From Podarcis melisellensis (lineage: Eukaryota), in assembly GCA_964234715.1 (NCBI GenBank), contig OZ174277.1: 64,000 nt of DNA. One strand, given 5' to 3'. Below are positions 34,127 to 47,240 of this stretch, in pieces. Every line of letters begins with the position of its first letter. Position 1 is the stretch's first letter. Position numbers and translations under genes: made by a program. The notes under the pieces are model-generated. The model did no database searches. It was not told the DNA's origin and worked only from the letters and a program-made list of their open reading frames with translations.

Positions 34127-37100
34127 CATAAGATGTACTGTTTTTGTATATCTTCAAGAAATGTTTGATGCAAGGTTGTTGATTCCTTCCCCAACTCTGC
34201 ATAATGAAACAGATCCTTTTACTGAGACGCAAGCTAGGACTAGGAACGCCATTACAAGCCCCTCTTATATTACAAGTTCCTCTTATAAAGGGGAACTTTA
34301 CAAACAGTAAACAGACTCTTTTCTTTGGTTAAGTTTTGAAAGCACAATTTTTAAAAATGCACTCATCTTTAATATGCTGGGGGCCCAGTTCTACAAGGTG
34401 TTGAGAGGAACTTTCAGTATCAACTGATTTCATGGGTAAATTGAAAGCACTTGGTATCTGGAATGAATAATGGGGCTCTTTGCTGTCTTTAATTTGGAAT
34501 AAAAATATTCTTGGGGTTTAGCCCACAATTATTTATATTAGCTCATTTTTGCTTTCATTGTAAAAACGTAAGAGGAAGCCATTCATGACTTCCAACTCTC
34601 TTAGTACAGCAGGCAATTCCAGATCTTCATTGCCTGAGTCGGTGAACTTTTTTAAGAGCTTCCCAAATTCTTGTGGCATCACAGCAAAGGGTGGTTTTAC
34701 AAACTATTATTGTTATTATTTTTATCACCCTCCTCCGGCTTGTCAGACATCACAGAGCAAACATGGATTTGCACAGCCCAGAGAAGATGACATAGCTGCA
34801 TTATTGGTTCGCTTCTCTCCCATTGTTCTCCGTTGAAGCCAGCAGAGCAGCTTCTGCCCTACATTCCTGGGAAGTGAATAATATCAACGGAGATTATCAT
34901 TACCCTCTAGTACCACATCTATTACTAACAGGCCATTATAAAGATTGAGTATAACCTAATTAGGAAATGCTGTAGTCAGCTGGGTGTGGATGTGGGCCGG
35001 TGAAGAATCGTTTTACATGTGCTTTGTTTGTTATATATATACAAGGGTGTTCACAGAGGATACAGGAAAGGTACCTAATGTGGTTCTCAGTGCTGAGCTC
35101 AGATTTCACAATCAGGTCTCACATTCCTCATATGAGCGGAGGCTGAGCCAAGGCCAGGGCTGAAGTTTCTGCTGTCTGAAGCCTGACGCTGTAAACGCTG
35201 CACAAACACAGAGCCTGTGTGAACCAAATTTGGCTATCTGCTTATTTATTTTAAATTAAGGCATATTAATGGGTAGATTCCAAAGTTTACTGTATGAAGC
35301 AGGAGGTACCCTCCATAGGGACACGACCTCCATCATCTACAATTCCATCTGGACTGTCTCAGGGAATCCAGGCGAGAGCAAAAGTTTGTTATCCTTACAG
35401 AAGGTGAAAAGTTGTCAATTTTCCCACCATTTCTGCTTGGAGGTAAGGCCCGTGATTGGTTGCCTAACACTCTGATAGCCAGTACCAATCATATTCTGAT
35501 GAAATTAATAAGAACATGAAACTTACCTCACACGCAAGGGTTGACTGAGAGATGGCCTGGAAAGATGCTTGAATTTCCCTAGCTCATTGGTACCCATAGG
35601 GAACCATCAGCTATGGCTGCCTTCACACCACTGCCAGTTTCTCATACAATTTGCTGCCTAATTCCAACTGGCAAATCATTTCATGGCCTTCATAAACGGC
35701 ATAATATGCCTTCATAAACGGCATAAATAGACTTTATAAAATAACTGAATAATCCCCAATGGAAGGCCCCTATGGATGGGCCTTAAGTGCTGGAACTTTG
35801 TCAGTGGTATTTATTAATTTAATTTACATATTAAATTTCTATACCACCCTGAGATCAAAGATCACAGGGTAGTTAACAGCATAAAAATGTAGCAGCAGCC
35901 TGTTCTCTGAGGATCAAGGACAAACTACACATTACATGCAAATTGATGCAACAAAGTCCCAACAAGTGTTTTTGTGTCTTTCTTTGAGTGGAGGAATGAC
36001 ATTGGTGCATATCCCAAAAGTGTCCCGGAAAAGCCAGGACATTCTGCTTTTTCCTGCAAGAGCATGGCAGCCATTTGGGATGCCGTGATTTCACACGAAG
36101 ATATTGCCTTGAAGAAAGCTCTTGTTGGAGGGCGACGATCTCACGCAATGCCCCAAAACACACATTTTGGGGTGCTGTGAGAGCACAGCCCTGAAAAAAG
36201 CTCACAATTAGGGCTCCATGATCTCTAGCTGGTCACATGATTTACGCAGGAACATGGACGGGAAGACACACATCCCAGTTTTGGGACTCAGCATGTTGGA
36301 GGGTATGTTGGTGTCCCACTGGCTGATTTTCCATCCCAATTTGTCCTCAATTTCTCCCCCTGCATCACCTTGACTGGATTAAATCTGTGAATGTACCCTT
36401 ATAAATAAATATCTGGAAACCTATGGAGAAGAAAGCAGCTTGGAGGCAACTGGAAATAGGAAAATAACTCATGAAGGGGACTAAGCTTCCTTGCTGCTCC
36501 CTCATTTTTTCAGCCTGCAAATACTCCTTTATATCAAGCCGAGGGATACGTTTTGAGGCCTTGGTAAAGCAATCCACTGGAACTGTGGGCCCCACTCTAC
36601 TGGCAAGCAGCCCAGCAGGGGCACTGAATGGAGCTCTGGGTCTGCATTTTCCCTCAATTTACCTTATCAGGATCTGCCTCACAGCCCAAATTTGACGGGT
36701 GGGCGGGGCTGCCCAGTGGTCAGTCACCTGACATTACAAATGATATCAGGGCTTTTGGTGCTTTGAAGTTCTGCAAATTCTTTTGCGGGGGGGGGGGGCA
36801 GAAAATGCAGTGAACTTTTTAACCAGTTGGCTGCTCCTGTAAAGGGCAATTCAGAATGCAAGAAAATACCAAGATATATGCAAATGTAAATGCTACCATG
36901 GCTAGTTAAAAAGTTGGCAGCTCTGTTCTTTTCCTCATCACACATGTCTTTTTGCTTGAACATCTCTGCCCCCCCCCCAACTTGGTCTTTGTTATCTTTG
37001 CCTAGGATGCAGTGCTCTGATTTCTGACAGACCACAGTGTCACAAAACCATGGCATATGGCACTATAAAGGTGTCTGTGTTTTGCTTAAGAGACTGGGCT

Positions 37101-37744
37101 GGCAGGAAGCCTTCAGGTCATTTGCAAATTAGAAGGGTGTGCCATTTATAGAAAGGTGTGTGTATGTTTATTTATAGAGGCGGCTCCTGCCAAACCAGGT
37201 AGTACTGCATGTGGCAGAGACACTGAGCAAAGAGCACAAATCATCTGAACCTTTTCAGTTCTGATTGTGTATGCTCTGATAATTGACGGCCTTCATCTGG
37301 AAAGCCAGCCTGAAACAGATGTGCCTGTCTGTAGTCAGCAAACCCTCTTTGTCTATATCACTCCCCAGTGCTCAGCCCCATATAGGTTCGCCAATATATC
37401 AACACAGCAAACCATGCTTTGATCACTGTGTGGAAAACTCCCTGTCCAGGTGTTTGATGGATGGAGTGCAAGCAGGTCATTTCAGTCACTTCGTATCGCC
37501 AACAACAAATCTGGTTGTGGAGAGGCAGCTCCAAAGCTCAGCTGAACTTCAGTAGTTTTGTGTGCTATTAAAAAACCAACCAACCTCAGCATGGATATTT
37601 TTGAAACAACACACACTGCAGTTCCCAGTCAGAGGTACTAGTGCAGTATTCCATAGCCATATAGTGGATGGGGAGACATCATTTGTGAGTTCATACAGGC
37701 ACTGTCCAATTGGTACCCTAACATGCACACTCAGTTTCTGAGTA

Positions 37745-37911
37745 CCGTATTTTTCCGTCTATAAGACGCCCCCATGTATAAGACGTCCCCTATTTTGGGG
37801 GACTCCGATTTCAGAAAATGGGGGGAGATACTATCAGTGTATAAGATGAGCCCATATTTTAAACATTATTTTAGAGTAAAAAACCATAATCTTATACATG
37901 GAAAAGTACAG
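37745..37911. mobile_element. Tc1/mariner (Tigger-like) MITE
   Basis: TA-CCGTATTTTTCCGTCTATAAGAC...CTTATACATGGAAAAGTACAG-TA; TIR related to the 1767 element. Confidence 0.8.
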
Positions 37912-38209
37912 TATGTCTAGATGGGTGTTCTGGTGGGATCAGTGTTCCTCATGCATGCAATTTTTTTGCACCATCTGCATGAAAATGCCAGCCGGTATTA
38001 TTTCCCTGATTTAATCCTGCTTTACCCTTTCCAGTGAAAATCCAACAAGAAACCTGTTGCCAATGACCCATTTACAATATCTCAGTTACCCATTTGCACA
38101 TTTTTGTTTGTTTATTTGCTTATATTAAATTTGTATACCACCCTTCATCCATTATCTCAGGCCAGTTCAAAACATAAAAATACAATATAAAAACACAAGT
38201 TAACCCCCA

Positions 38210-38856
38210 TATCTATCTGTCTGTCTTGGTTCCTGTGGCATCAACTGGGATGGGGGGGGGGATAATAGGATCTGTCAGAGGTGGAAGAGGAGGAGAAGGC
38301 AGAGGCTGGAAGCAGGAAAGTTGAAGTGGTGACTTGGGAGAGGGTTCCACCTCACTGTTGCTGGACAGCACAGAAGAGGGAGGAGGAGCCACCTGGGTCA
38401 GTCTCCACTCAAACCTCTGAGAGCAAAGTTTCCATGGTAGCCAGGAAGGAAGCTGGTGAGCTGGCAGGGCCAGCTGAATTAGAGACAGGAGGAGAGGCCA
38501 AGGGTTGGACTCAGGTCCTCTTGCCAAGGAGGTGCCACTGTCTGCACCAATGCAGACAGACTCAGCCATGCATATTCCCACAGGAGTACACACTTGGGAG
38601 CACAGTGTTCTCAATGGGGATAAGAACCATGTAGGTGAATGGCCCCACCCTGTTCTTTAAAGGTGGAGTGGGAGAGGTGTGTCAGGTGCTGGGGCAACAT
38701 CTCAGCTACTTCTTAGCCAGGTACCTTCTCTGTCATAGTTTAATCCTGTACTCTGAGGTAATGCTGAGACTGTGCTGATTTCTTGAATAAGACTTTCAGG
38801 TTTCCTCAAGCAGAGTGTCTGAGTACTGTGTCCAAGAGTGGACACGGGCGCATGCA
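38210..38856 (+). mobile_element. Degenerate solo-LTR-like element (boundaries approximate)
   Basis: Purine/Glu-rich 5' part, decayed Arg-rich codons, TTTAAA TATA-like box, GCTGGGGCAAC motif and AATAAG. Same layout as 53477-54074; termini and TSD are unclear. Confidence 0.6.
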
Positions 38857-39287
38857 CCCCCCTTTCTCTGTCTATCCTAAAGCAGAACCCCAGGTGCGGA
38901 TGCACTGAGAGCCTAAATAGTGATGCCAGGTTAAGAAAGGCTCTTTACCAATGTTAAAACTAGAGGCTCAGAAATGAGCCCTTCTAAACACTAAATCCAG
39001 TTCTGGCTTTGAAGAATGCTGTGCATGTGACCACAGTGCTCCTGGGAGGAAAAATTAATTATTTTAGGAAAATGCCTACCTTGCATTTTGATTCTCAAAA
39101 AAGCTCCCAACACAAACATACGATAAAAACAATGAGATAAAAACTGGAATAATTAAATAATTAAAACAGCAGCTAGAAGGAGGCATAAAGCTGGGTCAGT
39201 TTAAAGATACTTTGTCACAAACATATTTGTCACAAATAAACATATTTAAAACATATTAAAGGTGCAGATTTCTTTTTGCAACCCTGC

Positions 39288-39780
39288 CAAGAACATCAGA
39301 AAAGTCTGCGGCATCAGGCTCAACATCAATGCTCTCCAGCAGTCTGTTCTCACAGTGGCCAGCCAGATGCCTGTGGAAAACCTGCAAGCAGACCCTGAGC
39401 ACAACAGTGCTCTCCCCAGCTGTGATTCCCAACAACTGGCATCAAACTCAAGAGGAAGGGGGCCAACCAAATATCTATCAGGAAGAAGTTCCAGAATCTC
39501 TTGCATTACCAAGAAGGTTCCCTTTGGTGTCCTCACCAAATGCACCTTCAAAGATGGAGCCACAGGTGTTGAATGAAATGCATGGTCAGGTTCCTGTGGG
39601 AGTAGGGGGCCCTTCAGATAACCTGGTCTCAAGCCATTTAGGGGTTTAGCAATAATAGCCAGCAGCACTTGGGATTTTGCTCTTATATGAATCAGAAGTC
39701 AATACAAACGAAGCCAGTGTGGTATGTTCTGAGAAACAAACACTAAAAACCATTCTGGATGCTGCATTTGGACCAGATGC
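39288..39780 (-). mobile_element. CR1-type tail fragment followed by an L2 fragment
   Basis: 39288-39445 matches the 33337 element. 39450-39780 translates on the minus strand to L2-like KPLNGLRPGYLK. Confidence 0.6.
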
Positions 39781-40719
39781 AATATGAAGATAAAAATATG
39801 GACTTATCTTACTGGCCCGTTTAAAAGATTATTAAGGTAGGATGTGAAACATTTTCAACACTCAACAGTACTATACTAATGCTCAGTATCATTATGTCTT
39901 AATCCCATGCAATAAATGAGTAGTGTCTGTGCATTTATTGTACTCTAAGCTGATTGCCTGGAAAGGGTTTTCCTCTAGTGTCCTTAAGAGGCTTATCTCC
40001 GTTGTAACCATCTGATGTCTCTAAAAGGCCAACCCTTACCTGGAAGTAACTCGCACTGAGTTCTATTGGACTTGCTCCTCAGTAAGTATGCAGAGGGTTG
40101 TTTGCAGCCTAGACTGCCTGTCTTTGCTGATGCCCATCTTAGTGGTATGGTAGGGCAGGAATACATATTTTAGCAGGAAGCGCGTGAGTGAAAGGGATTT
40201 GCACTAATCCTCAAGTATTAGTCATGCCTCTATATGATATAATATGCATTGCTTAATTGACCACAAAGCATCTCGTTTGGGGCCTGGAACTGTTAATGCC
40301 AGGCATTCCCTTAAATGTGGTTTGCTGCTAAGCTATTAACTTTAACAGTGACGTCTCTGAAGCAAAATAGCCCAGATGAGAGAAAGAGAATGTTAATCAA
40401 TGCTGTTTGTTTAGACTCAGCAATGCTGAGCATCTCGAGTTCTGAAGTTCTTGAAAATGTTGTTTGCTGTAACTGCATCAGGATAAATGTAACAGCCAAG
40501 GATTATTGGTGAGTTCAGTGGAACTCTTGGGTTTATGATGTCCCTGGAATATTTCAGGATTTGTGTTTCTTTTAAATATATGTGGGTACAATGAGCCTTA
40601 CTCATTGTTTTTCCAGACTACATGTGATGCACCTTATGTCTGTACAAAAGTGATGGACACCTGCCTGATATGTATGACCTCAAATACCACTTGGATCTGG
40701 TCCCATGTTTTCCACCCTA

Positions 40720-40861
40720 GTTCAGCCGTCACCAACCTGGTGCTGTCCATATATTTCGGACTACAACTCCCATCAACCCCAGTCAGCCTGTGCTGCTCAG
40801 GCCTGGTGGGAGTTGTAGTCCAAAACATCTGGAGAGCACCAGGCTGGTGAAGGATGCCCTG
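40720..40861. mobile_element. Palindromic hAT MITE
   Basis: GGACTACAACTCCCATCA / TGGTGGGAGTTGTAGTCC hairpin core. Further decayed copies at about 19915-20022, 25225-25335, 60970-61077 and 61085-61203. Confidence 0.8.
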
Positions 40862-43201
40862 TTTGCACTTCACGTAGAGCAATCCTATGCATGTTTAGGA
40901 AGCGAGTCCTACTGAGCACCCTGGGACTAGCTCCAAGATAAAAGTGTGCATAGTAACCCTAGTCCCATTCCAATGACAGATTCCTGGCTTATGATGTAGA
41001 TAGAGCTCAGCCACCACATCCCTGCCATTTATAATGGAAGTGAAAAATATTTTTCTTTCTTGAGTAAAATCTGTTTGTTTAGGTGCAGAAATACTTGAAG
41101 ACTGACTCACTTCCATCTTGCTGCAGTTGGTATGTTAATCTGCTGGACCTGAAATTCTAATACTTAATTCTAAGACAGGCAACCTTAAGGATTCAAGAAA
41201 GCTTTTCTTCTCATATATAACAAGTGGGCTGGCTGCATTTTGAAGGGCTGAGACTATCACACCCAGTACAGCTGTCTGTTCCTTTCTGTAATCTTCATTC
41301 ATTATTTCCCTGCCCCAGTCCATTTGATGTTCAGCCATTTCTCTTTGTTCCTTTTTTGTTAATGCCTCTTCTTTTTGGCATCAGTGATGCTACCCAAACT
41401 TCTTACCATTGTATTATGTCAATGAAGTACTTCTTTGTGGTCCTCTCTAGACTGGGTAAACAAATCTGCTTGGGTTCACATAATATCTCATGTCCAATGA
41501 GAGCATCCTAATTTTTGTGTTGTTTTGTTAATCTGGTGGCTAATTAGATTGCATTTAGTTTATTTAATTTAATCCACTTGCTCTTGCATCATCTTTTTAA
41601 AAAGATGAACCCTTAAGAGTAGTTATATACATTATAGTATCTATATGATAACGGCTATTTCTTTACAATGTGAACGTGTGAAAGTTCTTGCATCAGTCGC
41701 TATGTGATAATTGGCATCACCTACAAACTGCTAATCTGCTGAGTGGAGCTGGTAAAATTCCCTCCTCCATCCATGTTGACTCCTGTTGATGGATGCTAGT
41801 GCTCTCTGGCTATGTTCATGCATCTAAGATAAGAGCACAATTACACAATTCACAAGCAAATGTACAAAGCATGATAGGTACTCATCACAACCAAATTATA
41901 CGGCTTTCTGCATATGATGAATCTCATCTGTTGAAAGAGTTCCGTGATGGTGATAATAAATGCAGCAGAATTCAAATGTCCAAAGCTCTTTATATGCATT
42001 GCCTTGGTAATTCTTACAACATCCTCATAAGGGAAGCCAGGTAAGACTCTGGTCTAAAGGTAAAGATGAACAAAACTTGATCAGTGACAGGATAGGAGAC
42101 GGTCTGGTAACCCCATGCATGCCACCTTAAGTTTGACTGAAGAAACGAGAGATGCAAATGTAATAAATAAACAAACACAATAATAACTGATTGCCAGACT
42201 GCTGGTCTGGCAGGAGTGGAGGCAGTAATATATTCATTTATTTAAAGAATTTTTATCCTAGGTGAAAAGGCTTTCAGGGTGACTTACATAAGCTCGATAA
42301 AAACAAGACAGTCCCTGCTTTCAGCTGGGTGGAATGGATGTTGGTGACAGCAGAGAAAGGGAGAATCCTACTGGATTTGCCTAAAGCCACCTAACAAGTT
42401 CATGACTAAGAGGTGGTGCTTCCCATCTCACTGTGTACACACTTAGCCATGATCCCACACTTCCTCTCACATTAAAAATGGTTGCTAAGAATATTTAATC
42501 CAATAATCCTAAACCGGAATTAAACAAAACATAGCTACTTTGGGCTGCTGGAATATTTAAACTGTGCCTCCACCTATGCTCAACCTGTATATCAGTAAGT
42601 ACATGCAAACATTACAAAACACCTATAAGCCTCCTGCCACCTTCTTCCACAAAGAAAAGACCTGCACCCTTGTAACCTTGCACTGTTCCAATAGAAGTAC
42701 TCACTGCTCAAAGAGCACAACAATATTGTTACATGCCACCCACCTCTGAGTGATGTGAGATTCTAAGCGTTCCAAGTGCTTACTGAGGGTTCAGGTTTCC
42801 TTCAAAAATTGGGCACAGCAGAAACCGTGGTGTCTTTATGATATATGGTTTTATTTACACACATATATATACACACAACCTGCACCTAGCTGGAGGGATT
42901 GCAGAGCAATCAGATTCCATGAGATCTGGCTTCCCCCTTAAGGACAACATTGGACTCAAAAGACAGTCACCCTGTGTGTCTCTTTGTTCCAGCCTGTCAT
43001 CCCCAGCTCTCATGAAGTTCTGCCTCTCCTCCTTCTTGCTGCTAACCAACTCCAAGGACTTCCTCCCTGCCCATGGCATTCAGAGTTGGAACCCTAATAT
43101 TAGCCTTTGCCTCTGCCCACTAGCACCCAGCAAAGAAAGGGTCCCATTCCACTCCCCTTTGCCTGGCAGTCTTGCCCTCTGATGGTTTCTTTGGTGGGCC
43201 A

Positions 43202-43513
43202 TGAAGTGTAGGTAGGTTCCCAAGAGGCAAAACACAGTGATAACAGCAAGAACCTTTATTGAACTACATAACTGGGAAACAGAGGCAAAGCAACTGCTTA
43301 GATACATTTCTGAAAGCCTGGGCCACTCCCACTCCCCACGTGATTGGCTGTCAAAACTTCCAAACTGCAAATCACGACTCAAAGTTCGAGGGCCAATGGC
43401 AGAGGCCCAAATCTGGAAATGTGATTGAATATGTATCAAATCAGAACACAGGAGCTCAGAATCCTTAGTCCAGACTCAAGCTCAGGCAAACACAGACCAC
43501 TAAATACGTAACA
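43202..43513 (-). mobile_element. Solo LTR (312 bp)
   Basis: TG...CA termini; 5-bp TSD GGCCA at 43197-43201 and 43514-43518; AATAAA on the minus strand at 43255-43260; CCAAT and CACGTG motifs. Confidence 0.85.
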
Positions 43514-45094
43514 GGCCAGCCATTTGATCCCCTATATGGACAGCTGCATATTTCTGCATTGCAGGGGGTTGGACCAGAAGATCCTCAGGGTCTCTTCCAA
43601 CTCTACAATTATCCAGCTAGCTCTGCCAAGCTGGCTTAGCTTGTTAGCATAATTAAATCCAGAGAGTTTCTGTGTTTGGCAACGTTTAATCAAACCTAGA
43701 TTAATTCTAACTTTTACTAAATCCAGGAATTATGGGGAGGATCTGGCACCCAGAAATTTAGGGAAACATGGCCCCCCACAAACCCATAACAATATTGTGC
43801 CATGATACTGCAAGACAACAGAAAAGACTTTTCAGATATTAGCCTCCACATGTTCAGTGACTGCATAGAAGGGAAGTGTGTCCATTGGCCCCACCCCTTC
43901 CCCAAACATGTTGATGCTCACTGGCTGTTTCCCTTGGCCTTCAGCAAAGGTTGAAAGGAAGGATTCAATGTGTTTAGGAACCCCTTCAAACCTTCACTTG
44001 ATGTGCAGAGGTCAGGTAGGACAGAGCCACTTGATTTCCACTCTGCGCCTTCACCAAACTCAGTTGAATACTTGAAGGGTAATTTCTGAAGAGAACTAAA
44101 TAGCATTCTCACAGGAGCCCGTGCATGGAGGGAGGGAGGGAGGTGAAATAAAGAATTCATTATTGTCCCTAAAAACAGAAAATAGTCCTCCCTGAACTCA
44201 ATTTGGGGTACCTGTAGCCTATAGTTTCATATTACTTTATGACTTATACTGGCGAGGGAATTAAAAATGAGTCAGAAATGTATCATATTTCATGAGAATG
44301 TCCAGTAAACAGTGATTCATGGCATCCAGTAATATATCTACATTGGTCAGGAATACTCACTTTTTGTGAATTTGGACCGCTGAGCTGTAAAATACCACCA
44401 AATACATGGTTAAAGAATACTATCCCCTGATATTGGGATTCTGGTTTTTTTTTAACATTGTTTTTTACTTATCTAGCACCTCTTGTACCTTTTATTTCAG
44501 AAAGCACTGGAACTTTATTTCAGAAAGCATTGGAACTTTTATTCCTCTCTGTGCATAATCTAAAGAGTGAGGTGAAGGTTAGACAATTTTCATGCTTACA
44601 AGTCACATAGTCATTCACACGTTCCTAATACAGTAGCTCAGACAAGTGTAATTGGAAATTTAATAGGTAAGACAGTGTTGCTATTGGTCATAATTGCTGC
44701 ATGTTCACATTGCCAAAGGAACACTCCAGAAGTGTGGTGTGTGTTCAGAAAAGGGTCACAAAGCAAAGGTGTTCTGAAATCTAGGACATCCATGATTTAT
44801 TTATTCATTTCATTTGTATCTGTGTCTTCATGAGAGAATGGAAAGTGGCCTACATCAGGTTCCCACATGGCCTCTGTTCAAACACTAACCAGATAGAGCA
44901 AGGCTGCTGAATCCTGTGCCTTCAGGCCACGCTCTGGAACCATTGTGCTTTGCAGAGCTACCTTTCTGTTTCTGAATTGTTTTGGATAAAGGAGCAAACC
45001 TTTAATACACTTGCAATTCCATTTGCAGAGACATACTTGTAGGAATGGCGACAGAATGCATCCTTTTAGTTTCAAATTGACTGGGTTCATCAAA

Positions 45095-45722
45095 TTGTAG
45101 AGCTGAAAGAGATCTTGGAGGTCACTGCAGGATCCCTGATAAATGGTTGTCCCAATTCTTTTTAAATACCTCCAGCAAAGGAGGGCCTAACACTTCCTGA
45201 AGCAGCTTGCTCTACTATTGAACTATTGAACAACTCATGCCATTAGGAAGTTTCTCCTATGTTTAGCCAAAGTATGCTTCCCTACAACTTTCACTCATAA
45301 GGTTTTATCCAAGTTCAACTCCAAGTAGACTCTAAATTAGCTATGTCCATTATTTTCAGTGGGTCTGCTTTGAGTATGACTCACAGTGGATATAGCCTGT
45401 TCTCTGAAGGAACAGAGAACAAGTCTGCGCCATGTGTGACAGCCACTTAGATATTTCAAGCCAACTATCATGTCTCTGCTTAATCTTCTGTTCTCCCTAG
45501 GCTAAACATATCTTTCAGCCACTCTTCATATGATCTGGTTTCCATGCCCTTCACAATCCTGGTTACTGTCCTCTGGACATTCTCCAGTATGCCAATGTCC
45601 TCCTTAAAACGGAGCACCTAGTACTGGGCACATTGCTCCAAATGCAGCCTGACCAGCTCAGAATACAGTGGAACTATGACTTCTTGTGATCTGGACACTA
45701 TGCTTTTGTTGATGCAGCCTAA
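45095..45722 (-). mobile_element. Degenerate CR1 LINE fragment
   Basis: Collinear but diverged match to 5100-5705. Confidence 0.85.
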
Positions 45723-46845
45723 GTCATACCACACATTTAAAGTTGGAAATAGGTCATGTGCACAGAGAAGTGCTTTTCAAGAGCTTTGCTTTGAGTGCAA
45801 ACTTTCCACACTGAATTGTCTACTGAGAATCCCTACATGTCCAGGTTTTTTTGTGGGGGGTTGTTTGTTCTCAGTTGTACGTTCTGTTTATAAAGAACAC
45901 CAGTCTGTTTTGTGGCCTCTAGCTATAGTAAAATGAGCATGTGTACTCTTGAACACATTCAGACTTCCCTGCAGCTGTGGATAGGATGGTGGGCAAGTTG
46001 ACTTTCAGGGCAACTTCTCCACCATTGTTGATTAGCTTCTGAGGAATGCCAATGTTTCTCCTTCTCAATCAGACTGGGGCTCCTTTATCTGTTGCCACCA
46101 ACAGTTATGATTTAACTTTTCTTTCATGTTCTATAATGGCTAGTAAATTACTGAGTCAGCATCTAAAAGTACATTGCTTGGCCTTTTTATTTTTATATCT
46201 GTTACATATTTGAAAGAGGCTATATTTTTTCCAGAGTGTGTGGAAGTAGAATTTACCTGTAGCACTTATGTTGACTAAAGCCATTTTACCTTAAGTACAA
46301 TGTTTTTAAATCCGGGAGAGCAAAACTCATAAGAGGAACAGGAAATTCCATGAGTTCCATGTGGTGGAGTTTCCAATAAATTTTGCTGACAGGTTCGTGC
46401 TCCAGACTCCAGTAGAACAGACAATCTGAAATGCCTTATGATGCTATTATCGGTGCCAGGAGGAGGAATGACACATACACAATAGTAGGGCCTTAGCTTC
46501 CTACATTGTATTACCTGGGCAGGTTATGTGTTACATGAACAATGCAGTACTTTCCTAATGGCACATGCTTGCTACCAGGTCACCAAGAGACTATAATTTC
46601 AAGGTAGCAGGTTTGAGAGCTCATTCCATTGTGATCTACCAATAGCTTTTCAGAGTCCTAAAAGTTCTCTTGCAGAGTTGTGTATTGTACATGTATGTCA
46701 TGTGTGTCATCATATTCATTTTAGTCATTGAAACATAGGGCTGTTTCGCCCACCCCATCATATAATTGTAAAATTATTTTATAACTGTTAAAAATTACAT
46801 TTTATTTGGACACTATGCATGTTGCTTCTCTAACTGTCAAGAGCC

Positions 46846-46849
<4 letters not shown>

Positions 46850-46883
<34 letters not shown>

Positions 46884-46899
46884 GTGTGTGTGTGTGTGT
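46850..46899. repeat. Compound (GTT)n(GT)n microsatellite
   Basis: Direct reading. Confidence 0.95.
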
Positions 46900-47074
46900 A
46901 TTTAGGCCAATGTATTTCCCCCAGCAGTTATCCCTTAGATATGAGATTGGGAAGACCATAAAGCTATTTATTATTCATTCTAGTAAATGTCATGATTCAG
47001 TCGACCTTTGAGAAGCAGCTATAATTAGGAAAATACCATTAATAGGCTTCTCTTGCAACTGCTTCAGCCAAGCT

Positions 47075-47240
47075 TAGGAATATTGGAAGTTTCCTCAGAC
47101 CATTGGTCCATCTATCCAGCATCATCTACTGGACAACAGCTCCAAACTGAAGACATACCCAGCCCTACCTAGAGATGAGGAAATTAAACCTGGGATTTTC
47201 TGCATCCAAAGCAGATGCTCTACCGCTGAGCTATATGACT
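47075..47240 (-). mobile_element. Squam2-like SINE remnant
   Basis: Matches the flanks of the SINE at 29065-29575. Confidence 0.65.
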
